Shown here: positions 36,372 to 45,837 of the stretch, in pieces
Numbering within the stretch: position 1 is the stretch's first letter
Layout of the letters: every line of letters begins with the position of its first letter
Origin: Gemmatimonadota bacterium
GTDB lineage: Bacteria > Gemmatimonadota > Gemmatimonadetes > Gemmatimonadales > GWC2-71-9
Reading direction: 5' to 3'
Assembly (NCBI GenBank): GCA_039931815.1
Contig: JBDTRF010000001.1
Location: 1 to 50,923, forward strand
Length of the DNA stretch: 50,923 bases
Notes under the pieces: model-generated
Seen by the model: only the letters and a program-made list of their open reading frames with translations
Database searches by the model: none
What the model was told of the DNA's origin: nothing
Translations under genes and position numbers: made by a program

Positions 36372-37910
36372 ATGAGATCAGGATTTTTCTCAGTGGCTCT
36401 CGGGCTTGGGGTGATCGCCTGCGGTGATAACCCGGCGTCGCCCGCTATCCCCGAACTGGTGAATGGTGCGGCGGTGATCGTGAATAGTGCCGTGATTACT
36501 CCCTCGATGGATACCATCACTACCACGGGAGGCTCGGTTCAGTTGAGTGTGGTACTCCGGGATCCGGCCGGCAAGGTGATTCCCGGCGGCACCGTACCTG
36601 TTTCCTGGATCGCCCTCAATCCCAAGAAGTCGAGCGTCAGCGCGTCAGGCAAAGTGACGGGCATTGCCAGCAGCGGGCTCGTCCAGGTAACCGCCAAGGC
36701 CGGGGCGAAGATGGACACCGCCACGATCACGCTCCTCGCCGCGCTCACCGGTATTCCCAGCTCGAACAAGTCGACCCTAGCCGCGTCGCCGTCGACCATT
36801 CCGATCACCGCCGGCGGAACGCAATTCACGATCATGGTGAAGGACGGGAGCGGCAAGCCGGTTCCCAACGCGACGGTTACCGTGAGCTCCACTGGCAGTG
36901 GTAACATCATCTCCTCACTCACGAAATCCGATTCCACCGGCTCGGCCACGGCGATGTTCTCCTCCGGCGTGGCCGAAACCAAGACCATTACTGCCACGGC
37001 TAATGGCGTGACCCTGGCCAAGGCTGCCATCGTTGTGGTTTCGAAGGAAGCCATTGCCACGGTCCTGCAATGCATTATCCCTGCAATTCCGCCTCTGAGC
37101 GCTGTCTCTCTGACAACGGATGTCACCTACAATACCTCGGGGGGCACCACGCTCAAGCTTGATATCGCGCGACCCAAGACCGCCGGGCTGCATCCGCTGG
37201 TCGTGGTCGTGCACGGTGGGGGTTGGTATAAGGGGGACAAGGTGGATTTCAGGAACGAGATTCTCTTCCTCGCCGGTCAGGGTTACACCGCGGTGGCGGT
37301 CAACTACCGACTGGTCAAGGGCTCCAGCAACCTCTTCCCGGCTGCCATCCAGGATCTACGCTGCTCGTTGCGCTGGCTCCGTTCTCGAGCCAGTACCTAC
37401 AGCTTCGACCCCAATCGCGCCGCGGCCATCGGGGTCTCCTCGGGTGGTAATCTCGCCGATATGCTCGGGCTCGCATCATCGGCTGGAGGACTCGATGGCG
37501 CGTGCACGAGCAGCGGCCCCATGGTTCCGATCAAGGCCGTGGTTGCCTACGCCGGCCCGTCCGATCTCCGGAAATCATCGTTGTTCACGAGCCAGAGCCT
37601 CCCAATCGTCACCAACTATCTTGGTGGAGCCCCGGAGTCAAAAACTGCGCTGGCCATACTCGCTTCGCCAATTACCCACTTGAGTTCCGGCGACCCGATT
37701 ACGCTGCTGGTACAGGGGACAGCGGACCCGGTGGTTCCCGTTTCTCACTCACTGAATCTCAAGGCCGCCCTGAACCTGGCGGCGGTCGCGGCCACCTTCG
37801 TCCCCCTGCAGGGGCTCGGCCATGGAATCAGCCTTTTTTCAACCGCGACTGCAGAACGTGCCGGGAGTTGTACGACCATCGCATTCCTGGGCAGGGAACT
37901 TCAGCCCTGA
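36372..37910 (+). CDS. lipoprotein with two bacterial Ig-like domains fused to an alpha/beta-hydrolase (esterase/lipase, HGGG type)
   Basis: MRSGFFSVALGLGVIAC lipobox; ATG 36360 is an alternative start. Big_2-like segment (ITTTGGSVQLSVVLRDPAGKVI...VTAKAG..DTATITL) and a Big_1-like segment. Then VVVVHGGGWYKGD oxyanion motif, nucleophile elbow GVSSGGN, and C-terminal GLGHG. Confidence 0.8.
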   Translation: MRSGFFSVALGLGVIACGDNPASPAIPELVNGAAVIVNSAVITPSMDTITTTGGSVQLSVVLRDPAGKVIPGGTVPVSWIALNPKKSSVSASGKVTGIASSGLVQVTAKAGAKMDTATITLLAALTGIPSSNKSTLAASPSTIPITAGGTQFTIMVKDGSGKPVPNATVTVSSTGSGNIISSLTKSDSTGSATAMFSSGVAETKTITATANGVTLAKAAIVVVSKEAIATVLQCIIPAIPPLSAVSLTTDVTYNTSGGTTLKLDIARPKTAGLHPLVVVVHGGGWYKGDKVDFRNEILFLAGQGYTAVAVNYRLVKGSSNLFPAAIQDLRCSLRWLRSRASTYSFDPNRAAAIGVSSGGNLADMLGLASSAGGLDGACTSSGPMVPIKAVVAYAGPSDLRKSSLFTSQSLPIVTNYLGGAPESKTALAILASPITHLSSGDPITLLVQGTADPVVPVSHSLNLKAALNLAAVAATFVPLQGLGHGISLFSTATAERAGSCTTIAFLGRELQP

Positions 37911-37944
37911 CCGGGAATTGGAACTTGGGACCGGCAGACTACAC

Positions 37945-37983
37945 AAGCAACAGAGTCATGACGTCCCCATGACTCTGTTGCTT
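37945..37983. terminator. bidirectional terminator hairpin between convergent genes
   Basis: 16-bp perfect stem AAGCAACAGAGTCATG / CATGACTCTGTTGCTT with a 7-nt loop, followed on the plus strand by the T-rich run TGTTCTCTCC. Confidence 0.8.
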
Positions 37984-38044
37984 TGTTCTCTCCCCGCTGA
38001 GTTCTGCTGGCCATTCTTCCTGTTCCTCAGTCCCTGGTCCCCAG

Positions 38045-38917
38045 TCATGAGGCTTCGCCAAACTTCCGCGCTGCCTCCCAGCCAAGTATCGCGTGCTTCC
38101 GGGCCGCGCCCCATCGATAGTTGCCAAAAGCGCCGGTCTTGAGAATCACGCGATGGCAGGGGATCAGGTAGGCAATGGGATTCTGGCCGATCGCGGTGCC
38201 AACGGCTCGCGAAGCACCGGGGGCGCCGACCGCTTCTGCGACGTCGGCATAGGAGGCAACGGCACCAGTGGGAATCCGCAACAATGCCTCCCAGACCCTG
38301 AGCTGGAAGTTGGTTCCATGGAGTGCCAGCCGAACCTCTCCGTCTTCCTTAGAGATCATCTCCCTGAACATCCTCTCCACCACCAGCCCGGTACCCTTCT
38401 GGTCCCGCTTGAGGTTTGCCCGGTTCCACTTCTCAGATAATGCGCTGAGGGCTTTTTCCCGTGTCGTCTCGACAAACGTCAGACTGCACACGCCCAGGTC
38501 CGTCGTCGCAAGGAGACACTCACCGAAAGGGGTCGAATGAAACCCATAGCTGATGATGAGGCCCTCGCCCGCCGCCCTGTAGCTGCCCGGGGTGACGGCC
38601 TCTCCCGCCACGAAGAGGTCGTGTAGCCGCGCAGGGCCCGAAAGGCCGACCTCCCAACTGGCGCGAAGAAGGCTTCGGGAATCTTCGAGGACATGTTTGG
38701 CGTGCTCCAGGGTCTGGAACTGGATAAAGCGCTTCGGACTGACCCCGGCCCAGCGGGTAAAGAGCCGCTGAAAATGAAATTCGCTCAACCCCGTCCGCCG
38801 AGCCAAATCCTTGAGGCTGGGCTGCTTAGGGTGAGTCCGATCGAGATATTCAATCGCCTGCTGGATTCGATCGTAGTCGCGGTGGCTCATAGCCTGAATT
38901 TCGACGGCGTTTGTCAT
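38045..38917 (-). CDS. AraC-type HTH domain fused to methylated-DNA--protein-cysteine methyltransferase (Ada-like, without the N-terminal Zn methylphosphotriester domain)
   Basis: Track ORF trimmed to MTNAVEIQAMSHRDYDRIQQAIEYL. AraC HTH LKDLARRTGLSEFHFQRLFTRWAGVSPKRF. MGMT active site IPCHRV plus TNFQLRVWEALLRIP. Confidence 0.85.
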   Translation of the reverse strand: MTNAVEIQAMSHRDYDRIQQAIEYLDRTHPKQPSLKDLARRTGLSEFHFQRLFTRWAGVSPKRFIQFQTLEHAKHVLEDSRSLLRASWEVGLSGPARLHDLFVAGEAVTPGSYRAAGEGLIISYGFHSTPFGECLLATTDLGVCSLTFVETTREKALSALSEKWNRANLKRDQKGTGLVVERMFREMISKEDGEVRLALHGTNFQLRVWEALLRIPTGAVASYADVAEAVGAPGASRAVGTAIGQNPIAYLIPCHRVILKTGAFGNYRWGAARKHAILGWEAARKFGEAS

Positions 38918-39288
38918 GGGGACAAGATGGGGCCCGGGTCCATATCCAACAATCCGATTCTTGCGAACAAATGCCCGCAGGAATGGCCATGAATCGTGGC
39001 CAAAAATCACTATTGGCCACTTGAGGAATCCCGAAGACGATTGAGGTCACATCGTCCCCTTCGATCGGGCCTTACGATTGCCGGATGGATGGTGTTCGGT
39101 GATTTGAACCGCCGTGGCGCGGAGGCGCAGCGTCCTTACAGGCGGCATGCGCCAGGACTCGAATGCCCGTACGTCGCGAATGTCGAATGTTCACCGGGCG
39201 GGGTATTCTCCGCGCCGGGCGGGACAACCACGTCCCTGGGGAGCCCAGGACGGATGATAAAGGATGCCCGAGTGGAAGCCGCATCGTC

Positions 39289-40188
39289 GTGAAGCCTCCA
39301 GTCCAGGTCATGATCAACGGCCGCGCCGGCGGCATGGGCAAGCCGGAAACGCGGGAGGAAATCTCGGGCCTCCTGGACGCCGCCTTTCCGGGAGTCGAGA
39401 TCCTGTTCGCCGACCCGTCCACGAATGTCGCCGATTGGGCGCAACGCGCAGTCGCCAATGGTGCGACGCTGGTCATTGGCGGCGGTGGCGATGGTACGAT
39501 CAACTCAGTGGCCGGAGCTGTCGTTGGCTCGAAGGCCGTGCTGGGAGTACTCCCCCTGGGCACGCTCAATCATTTCGCCAAGGACCTGGGAATCCCGGTT
39601 GAGCTCGAGAAGGCCGTCGACGTGCTGACGAAAGGCGTCGTAAAGGCGGTCGACGTGGGAGAGGTGAATGGCCGGGTCTTCCTCAACAACTCGGGGCTCG
39701 GACTCTATCCCTCAATCGTGAGGATCCGCGAGACAAAGCAACGCGAGGGACTCTCCAAATGGCCGGCCGCGGTGTACGCTACAATGAAGGCGATGTCGCG
39801 ATACCGCATGCTCTCACTCTTTGTGAATGTCGACGGGAGAGAAATCGAACGGCGTACCCCGATTGTATTCGTGGGGAACAACGAATACAGCATGGACGGA
39901 CTGGGCCTTCCCGCGCGCCAGGGGATGAACGACGGCCGGCTGTGTCTGTACATTCCCCACCCGACTCGGCGAGCAAGCCTGGTTCGTTTCTCAATCGGCG
40001 CGTTGTTGAAAAACCCCAAGCCCGGGAAGGAGTACGATGCCATCTTCGCCACCAGCTTTCGGATCCAGTCCCGTCATCGGCATCTCAGCGTGTCTATCGA
40101 TGGCGAGGTTGAGGATATGAAAACACCACTTCGTTTCAAGACTCGCCCCGGCGAGCTGCGGGTCATGACGCCGTTGGCCGAGGGGTGA
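39289..40188 (+). CDS. diacylglycerol-kinase-family lipid kinase (YegS/BmrU-like)
   Basis: Contains VMINGRAGG and VIGGGGDGTINSVAGAVVGSKAVLGVLPLGTLNHFAKDLGIP (DAGK catalytic motif). Start is uncertain: I chose GTG 39289, while the track ORF begins at 39163. Confidence 0.75.
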   Translation: MKPPVQVMINGRAGGMGKPETREEISGLLDAAFPGVEILFADPSTNVADWAQRAVANGATLVIGGGGDGTINSVAGAVVGSKAVLGVLPLGTLNHFAKDLGIPVELEKAVDVLTKGVVKAVDVGEVNGRVFLNNSGLGLYPSIVRIRETKQREGLSKWPAAVYATMKAMSRYRMLSLFVNVDGREIERRTPIVFVGNNEYSMDGLGLPARQGMNDGRLCLYIPHPTRRASLVRFSIGALLKNPKPGKEYDAIFATSFRIQSRHRHLSVSIDGEVEDMKTPLRFKTRPGELRVMTPLAEG

Positions 40189-41030
40189 TCATGCGTACCA
40201 TCGTCCAGATCTCTGATCTACACTTCGGCACAATTCTCGAGCCGACGATTGAGCCTCTGGTGGAAACCATTCGGCGCATCCAGCCCGACCTGGTCGTGAC
40301 CTCCGGCGACCTCACCCAGCGGGCCCGGCGGGTGCAGTACGCTGACGCACGGGCTTTTCTCGACCGGCTACCTGACCCCCAGCTGGTCATTCCCGGCAAT
40401 CACGATGTGCCCGCCTACAATCTCTATCGTCGTTTCGCACAGCCGCTGGAGCGATATAAGAAGTTCATTACCCACAACCTGGATCCCGCCTTCATCGACG
40501 ATGAAATCGCGGTGTTGACCATGAACACCGCGCGGGCCATGGTGATCAAAGGTGGAAGGGTCAGCCACAAGCAGGTTGAAGACGTGGTCGCGGCTTTTCA
40601 CCGGCTCGACCAAGGCCAGGCAAGAATCGTTGTCACGCATCATCCGTTTGATCTGCCCCCCGGGCTTACCGGCGTCGACATCGTCGCCCGCGCGGATATG
40701 GCTATGCCCCGATTTGCCCAGGCCGGTGTCGAGATGTTCCTCGCCGGCCACCTGCACCTTGTCTATTTCGGAAGTACCAGCCGGTACAACATTCCGGGCT
40801 TCGCCGCGCCGATCGTGCAGGCGGGTACCGCGACGTCCACACGCGCACGAGGAGAACCCAATTCATTCAACGTGATCCGGGTGAGTCAGGCGGATATCGA
40901 GGTTGAGGTGATGCGGTGGGAAGATTCCCGGCACGCTTTTGTATCGCACGAGACCCGACGGTTCCCGCGCGCGGGGGGTCCATCACCCGCGACACCAAGG
41001 CGACCAGGAGAGCTGAGCCAGGGTCGCTAG
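40185..41030 (+). CDS. calcineurin-like metallophosphoesterase
   Basis: Motifs ISDLHFG, SGDLTQRA, IPGNHD, VTHHP and GHLH. The start overlaps the kinase stop (GTGA); ATG 40191 is an alternative. Confidence 0.85.
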   Translation: MIMRTIVQISDLHFGTILEPTIEPLVETIRRIQPDLVVTSGDLTQRARRVQYADARAFLDRLPDPQLVIPGNHDVPAYNLYRRFAQPLERYKKFITHNLDPAFIDDEIAVLTMNTARAMVIKGGRVSHKQVEDVVAAFHRLDQGQARIVVTHHPFDLPPGLTGVDIVARADMAMPRFAQAGVEMFLAGHLHLVYFGSTSRYNIPGFAAPIVQAGTATSTRARGEPNSFNVIRVSQADIEVEVMRWEDSRHAFVSHETRRFPRAGGPSPATPRRPGELSQGR

Positions 41031-41052
41031 CTGATCACCTGAAGGAGTCACC

Positions 41053-41472
41053 GTGTTCGTTCTTCCCATGCCAATCACCGCGATACTCCTGGCCGCCATC
41101 GCGTACTGGCTGCTGGGGGCCGCCTGGTATTCGTTGCTCTTTGGCAAATTGTGGGCGGCGGACCAGGAGTCCCGCGGACTTCGGCTGACCAAACCCGCTG
41201 GGGCCCAACTGGTGACCAGGCTGGTCCTCACCTTCCTGGGGACATTTCTCGCGGCCACGGCGGTCGCCTGGGTCCTCCAATGCTTCTCGGTCAATAACGC
41301 CGCTGTCGCCACCCGGCTTTCGCTGGTGCTGGGCCTCGGCATTGCGGCGGCAACACTGCTTATCGGGCCAACGTGGGAAGGCAAGCCTTTGCGGCTTTTC
41401 CTGATCGATGCATTGTATCACCTTGTCGGGATCTGGCTTTGCGCGATGGTCCTGCTTCAATGGCGTCGATAA
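41053..41472 (+). CDS. DUF1761-like small membrane protein
   Basis: GTG start. N-terminus ILLAAIAYWLLGAAWYSLLFGKLWA matches the DUF1761 signature as I remember it. Four hydrophobic helices. Confidence 0.65.
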   Translation: MFVLPMPITAILLAAIAYWLLGAAWYSLLFGKLWAADQESRGLRLTKPAGAQLVTRLVLTFLGTFLAATAVAWVLQCFSVNNAAVATRLSLVLGLGIAAATLLIGPTWEGKPLRLFLIDALYHLVGIWLCAMVLLQWRR

Positions 41473-41572
41473 GTCTCGAAGAGACTGCTTTCCGGCTCTG
41501 GATATTGTCTATTGAATGCGGAATGAAGCAGCCGTCACCTCTCCGATTCACGCCTGCAGGAGACATCGACCA

Positions 41573-41902
41573 ATGAAAGCCGAGTCGGCGGAACAGCAGT
41601 TGAAGATATTCCTTCGTCGTTACAATCCTGAGGTTGCCTCCGTGGCCAGGAAAGTGATTGCGAAGCTCAAGAAGCGCCTGCCCGGCGCAACGGCAATGGT
41701 CTATGACAATTACAACTTCCTGGTCGTTGGTTTCGGCCCTTCGGAACGCGCTTCCGAGGCGGTGCTCTCCGTGGTACTGGCACCGCGTCGGGTGAGCCGC
41801 GCCGCGGTAATAACGTTTCCTGACTTGTCAGCCGTGTCTGGCTGCCATCAGCCCACGGAGCCGGTTGCAGAGCGACGATGGGCCCGAGCTGCGTTCGCAT
41901 AG
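41573..41902 (+). CDS. DUF1801/YdhG-like protein, C-terminal part possibly frameshifted
   Basis: ATG 41573 preceded by AGGAGA. The N-terminal 75 aa (LKIFLRRYNPEVASVARKVIAKLKKRLPGATAMVYDNYNFLVVGFGPSERASEAVLSV) look family-like. The tail looks non-homologous, while an alternative frame stays open from 41814 to 42026. Confidence 0.5.
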   Translation: MKAESAEQQLKIFLRRYNPEVASVARKVIAKLKKRLPGATAMVYDNYNFLVVGFGPSERASEAVLSVVLAPRRVSRAAVITFPDLSAVSGCHQPTEPVAERRWARAAFA

Positions 41903-42076
41903 GAGTCGACATTTCCCCCGGCGCTACGTCATCGCGCAAACGCTCTCGACGAAGCACCGGATCGACTCGCTGTCGGAGAGCGCACCTCAATCGGCAATCA
42001 TAAATCATGACCGATGGCCCCAATAAAAAGGTCCCCCTCTCCCACGCGGAAGAGAGGGACCGTTGAACAACCGGGT

Positions 42077-45000
42077 CTATCGAATTCCCGCCGTAACTCC
42101 CGCCGGTGTCGTGGTGTGGTACTGCGGCGGCAACGTTCGCTTGCGCGGCCAGATCTCATCCAGCGTCGTGGCATCGTACAGTCGGCCGTTCTTCATCACG
42201 TAGTGCAGGCTCACCGAGTTGCGCAGGTTTTCCACTGGATTCTGATCCAGCACAATGATGTCCGCCAGTTTCCCCGGCTCAACCGAGCCCAGGTCCTGTC
42301 CCATCCCGATAGCTTCGGCTCCGTAAATTGTCGCCATCCGAAGCACGTCGTGGTTCGACAAGCCTCCCATTCCCATCGCCCACAACTCCCAGTGATACCC
42401 GAGACCCTGGAGCTGGCCGTGGCTTCCGATGGCCGCGCGAGCGCTGTCCTGGATCAGCCGGCGGGCGTAGTCGGCGTGACCCTTGAAGACGTACTCGTCG
42501 TCCATGAACCATCCGCCGGGGCCAGGGCTTCCACCCGCGCCGGCGCCACGGCGTCGGCTCCGCGCGTCGATATTATCCTCGGGAACGAACCGCCGCATCT
42601 TCGCGTTGTCGTGGACTTCTTCTTTGGTGTAGAAGTAGTTCTCACCGAAGGGGCCGCCGTACGACACCAGGAGTGTCGGTGAATTGGTGGTCTGCGAGGC
42701 CTTGAAGAGCCGGATGACGTCATCGAAAATCGGATCGATCGGGAGCGAATGTTCCACTCCGGGGTAACCATCGATCACGTGGGTCATGTCCAGTTTGAAG
42801 TCCAGCCCGCCTTCGGTGGTCGGCATCAGCTGCAGCTCCTTTGCGGCCTGGATAATCCACTGCCGCTGCTGCCGGTTGCCCGTCATGTACATCTTGAGCG
42901 TCTTGGTGTCGTAGTAGTCGCTGTAGCGCTTGAGTACGCTCCGGGTCTGTTCGTAGCTCTGCAGGTTCTCACCGGCAAAGACCCCGGGACCGGTCGAATA
43001 AATCCGTGGGCCGATCATCCCGCCGGTCTCGACCCGGTCCGCGTAGCTCAGGATGTCAGTTGACCCGGTTTGCGGATCGCGCATCGTGGTGACCCCGAAG
43101 GCAAGGCTCACCAGGTATTGCCATGCCTGTCGAGGATGAATCTCGGGTATCAGCCATTGAGCGTGATAATGGGTGTCGACGAACCCGGGCAGCAACGTCT
43201 TCCCGGTCACGTCCACCACCTGGGCGCCAGTCGGAATCGTCACTGTACCCGCCGGTCCCACCGCGACGATCCTGTTGTCCTGCACCACGACATCCGCGTT
43301 TTCGATAATCTCATGACCCTTCATCGAGACGACACGGCCACCATGCAATACCATGGCCCCGCGAGGGATGTCCCGCGCCAGCGGAACCAGGATGCGGACT
43401 TCAGAGGGATGATAGAGCTTGGTGCTATCCGCCTTTACGGAATCGGGTCCACTCGCCCGCACCGAGTCGGCGTAGGCGACAATCGCCTTGGCCCGCGCCG
43501 TGATCGAATCGGCCTGGACCTGGAGAATTTCCGAGTTGGCCCGAATAGAGTCGGCGATCAGACCGTTGAGCTTCCGGCGGAGTGAATCGGGCACCGGCGG
43601 ATTCAGCCGCTTGATGCTGTCGACGATGGTTCGCACCGATTTGAGGCTATCGAGGATGCCTCGCACCTTGAGCGCGCGCCCCACCCGGGCCCGGCCCGCT
43701 CCATCGACACTGTCATCGATCGCTTCTGCCCGAGAAACATCGTAGGTGAGCAGCGCATTGCCGATCGACCAGCGAACCCGGTTGCCATCGGCGCTCCAGC
43801 TGGGGAACTCGCCACCGATATCGGTCAGCTTCCGCACCATCGTCGGGGCGGCTTCCGGGCTGCTCACTGAAATGTTGGGGACCGGCCCCCCGACTTCCGG
43901 AATCTCCACCGTGTAGATGTGACTTCCCACCTGGGCCAGCGCTCGATGGCCGTGGGGCGATATCATCACCAATCCCGCCGGTGGGGGACGGCGATTCTGC
44001 TCCAGCTCGTTGGGATCGGGCGTCAGGTGCAGAGGCGCCAGCCGGCGAGGAAGGAACTCGATCTCGTCCGGGTCGATCGACGCCACTCCACCGGGCGGGA
44101 GGGATCCGCTGACCTGGAGATACTTCTTGACATCGGTGCCGTCCCAGCGGAACGAAACCAGGCCTTCGGACGGGCTATAGGCGTAGATCCGTTCCGGCTG
44201 ATCCAGGTTGAAGTGCGCGACATCGCGATCTCCCGTCGGGGCGATGACGGTGATGTCACCTCCCGTCGAGGGAATCCAGACGAACTCGCCACCGAGCGGG
44301 CCATTGAACGTTCCGGAGACATCCTTGAGATCGCGAGCGGCACCCCGGGTGGCAACGATTTTCTGCCCATCCGGCGACCACGCGAGGTTGTAGTACAACG
44401 CGGGTGTGGTGGTGAGCTTGACCGGTTGCGTCTTGCCATCGGCGGCGACCCTGTAGATCTGCCCGCCGGCGGTGTCTTCCCAGGTCACATACGCCAGCCA
44501 CTTGCCATCCGGGGACCATGCCGGATGAAACTCGCCATTGTCGGCCGTCGAAACGCGGCGCGGCGCACCACTCGGCATCTCCTTGATATACATCCGGTCG
44601 TACGCCGTGAACGCCAGCAGTTTTCCATCGGGCGACGTGACCGGGCTCCGGATCTGGTGCGCGTTCATCGTCGCCGACGTATCGACCCGGTAGGAAAACT
44701 TGACCTCGGGTCCGATGTCGACCTTGACCGGGGCCTCAAACGGAATCCTGACCGCCGGGCTGCCATCGGTCGGGACCCGCCAGAACTCGCCGCCATAGGA
44801 GAGCACGATCGCCCTGGAGTCGGGAGTGAAACTGTAGCCCGGAAGAATGTCGAGGGGAGCACGGGATTCCATCTCGTCCCGCTGGACCGGATAGGCCAGC
44901 CACTTCTCGTCACCGGTGTCGAGGGTCCGGATGCGAAGTCCGGTCTGGGATCCTTCTCGCGTTCCATACACCAGCGACTTCCCGTCCGGCGAGATGGCCG

Positions 45001-45772
45001 GACGGAAGCCCGAGCCATACCGGCTGGTCATCGTGGTCGACGTGCCTTCACGACGGTCGTATCGATACAACTGCATCTGGGGGAAGAGCGCGTTGTACTG
45101 CCAGTCGCCATTTCTCCCGGCATACCAGATGTACCGGCCATCGGGGCTGAACGCGGCGCCCAGCGTCTTGAATGGCTGGGGACCGCGGATGATCTGCATC
45201 GGGCTCTTCCGGCCCACCCGCGCCATCTCCAGCTTGGCCGCGCCGCCGAGCCCGCTCGAGTGACTGAAGATGAGAAACTCACCGTCAGGACTCCACTCGG
45301 GTGACACGTAGAGACCGCTATTTCCCTGCGTGACTTGCGTCGTGTCGGTGAAATCGAGCCGGATAGTCCAGATGTTATCGCCGCCGCTCCGATCGCTGAC
45401 GAAAACCAGCGATTGTCCGTCGGGGCTGAATCGCGGCTGCGCGTCGAACGCCATGCCGGTGGTGATGCGCGTGGCCTTGCCGCCCGCGATCGGCAGTGTG
45501 TAGAGATCCCCCAGCAGATCGAACACAATGGTCTGGCCATCGGGGCTCACATCGAGCGACATCCACGTGCCCTTCGTGGCGGTAAACTCCGCCTTCCGGG
45601 AGGCCTCGAGCGGGAGCGGAGGCTTGGGTTTGCCACCGGGGCCCTGGGCGAAAGCGGAGACGGTGCAGAGGGTGGCGAGCGCGAGTGCCAGCCCCGGCCC
45701 CCGGCCCCGTTTCCCCGAAGCCGGTGAAAGGGAACTCGCCGGTGACGTGTTCACGCGCTGTGCGTTCACCAT
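42077..45772 (-). CDS. TolB-like beta-propeller (PD40 repeats) fused to amidohydrolase-superfamily domain, secreted; paralogue 1
   Basis: Track ORF trimmed to MVNAQRV...LALALATLCTVSAFAQ (the longer version would overlap the upstream paralogue). Repeated SPDG.. motifs. Amidohydrolase metal site GFVDTHYH and C-terminal PGKLADIIVLD. Confidence 0.85.
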   Translation of the reverse strand: MVNAQRVNTSPASSLSPASGKRGRGPGLALALATLCTVSAFAQGPGGKPKPPLPLEASRKAEFTATKGTWMSLDVSPDGQTIVFDLLGDLYTLPIAGGKATRITTGMAFDAQPRFSPDGQSLVFVSDRSGGDNIWTIRLDFTDTTQVTQGNSGLYVSPEWSPDGEFLIFSHSSGLGGAAKLEMARVGRKSPMQIIRGPQPFKTLGAAFSPDGRYIWYAGRNGDWQYNALFPQMQLYRYDRREGTSTTMTSRYGSGFRPAISPDGKSLVYGTREGSQTGLRIRTLDTGDEKWLAYPVQRDEMESRAPLDILPGYSFTPDSRAIVLSYGGEFWRVPTDGSPAVRIPFEAPVKVDIGPEVKFSYRVDTSATMNAHQIRSPVTSPDGKLLAFTAYDRMYIKEMPSGAPRRVSTADNGEFHPAWSPDGKWLAYVTWEDTAGGQIYRVAADGKTQPVKLTTTPALYYNLAWSPDGQKIVATRGAARDLKDVSGTFNGPLGGEFVWIPSTGGDITVIAPTGDRDVAHFNLDQPERIYAYSPSEGLVSFRWDGTDVKKYLQVSGSLPPGGVASIDPDEIEFLPRRLAPLHLTPDPNELEQNRRPPPAGLVMISPHGHRALAQVGSHIYTVEIPEVGGPVPNISVSSPEAAPTMVRKLTDIGGEFPSWSADGNRVRWSIGNALLTYDVSRAEAIDDSVDGAGRARVGRALKVRGILDSLKSVRTIVDSIKRLNPPVPDSLRRKLNGLIADSIRANSEILQVQADSITARAKAIVAYADSVRASGPDSVKADSTKLYHPSEVRILVPLARDIPRGAMVLHGGRVVSMKGHEIIENADVVVQDNRIVAVGPAGTVTIPTGAQVVDVTGKTLLPGFVDTHYHAQWLIPEIHPRQAWQYLVSLAFGVTTMRDPQTGSTDILSYADRVETGGMIGPRIYSTGPGVFAGENLQSYEQTRSVLKRYSDYYDTKTLKMYMTGNRQQRQWIIQAAKELQLMPTTEGGLDFKLDMTHVIDGYPGVEHSLPIDPIFDDVIRLFKASQTTNSPTLLVSYGGPFGENYFYTKEEVHDNAKMRRFVPEDNIDARSRRRGAGAGGSPGPGGWFMDDEYVFKGHADYARRLIQDSARAAIGSHGQLQGLGYHWELWAMGMGGLSNHDVLRMATIYGAEAIGMGQDLGSVEPGKLADIIVLDQNPVENLRNSVSLHYVMKNGRLYDATTLDEIWPRKRTLPPQYHTTTPAGVTAGIR

Positions 45773-45837
45773 ACTCGATACACTCCGACCACAGGTGAGA
45801 GAAGGTTCCGTCCCTGGAGCACAGTGGAGTGAGGGTC

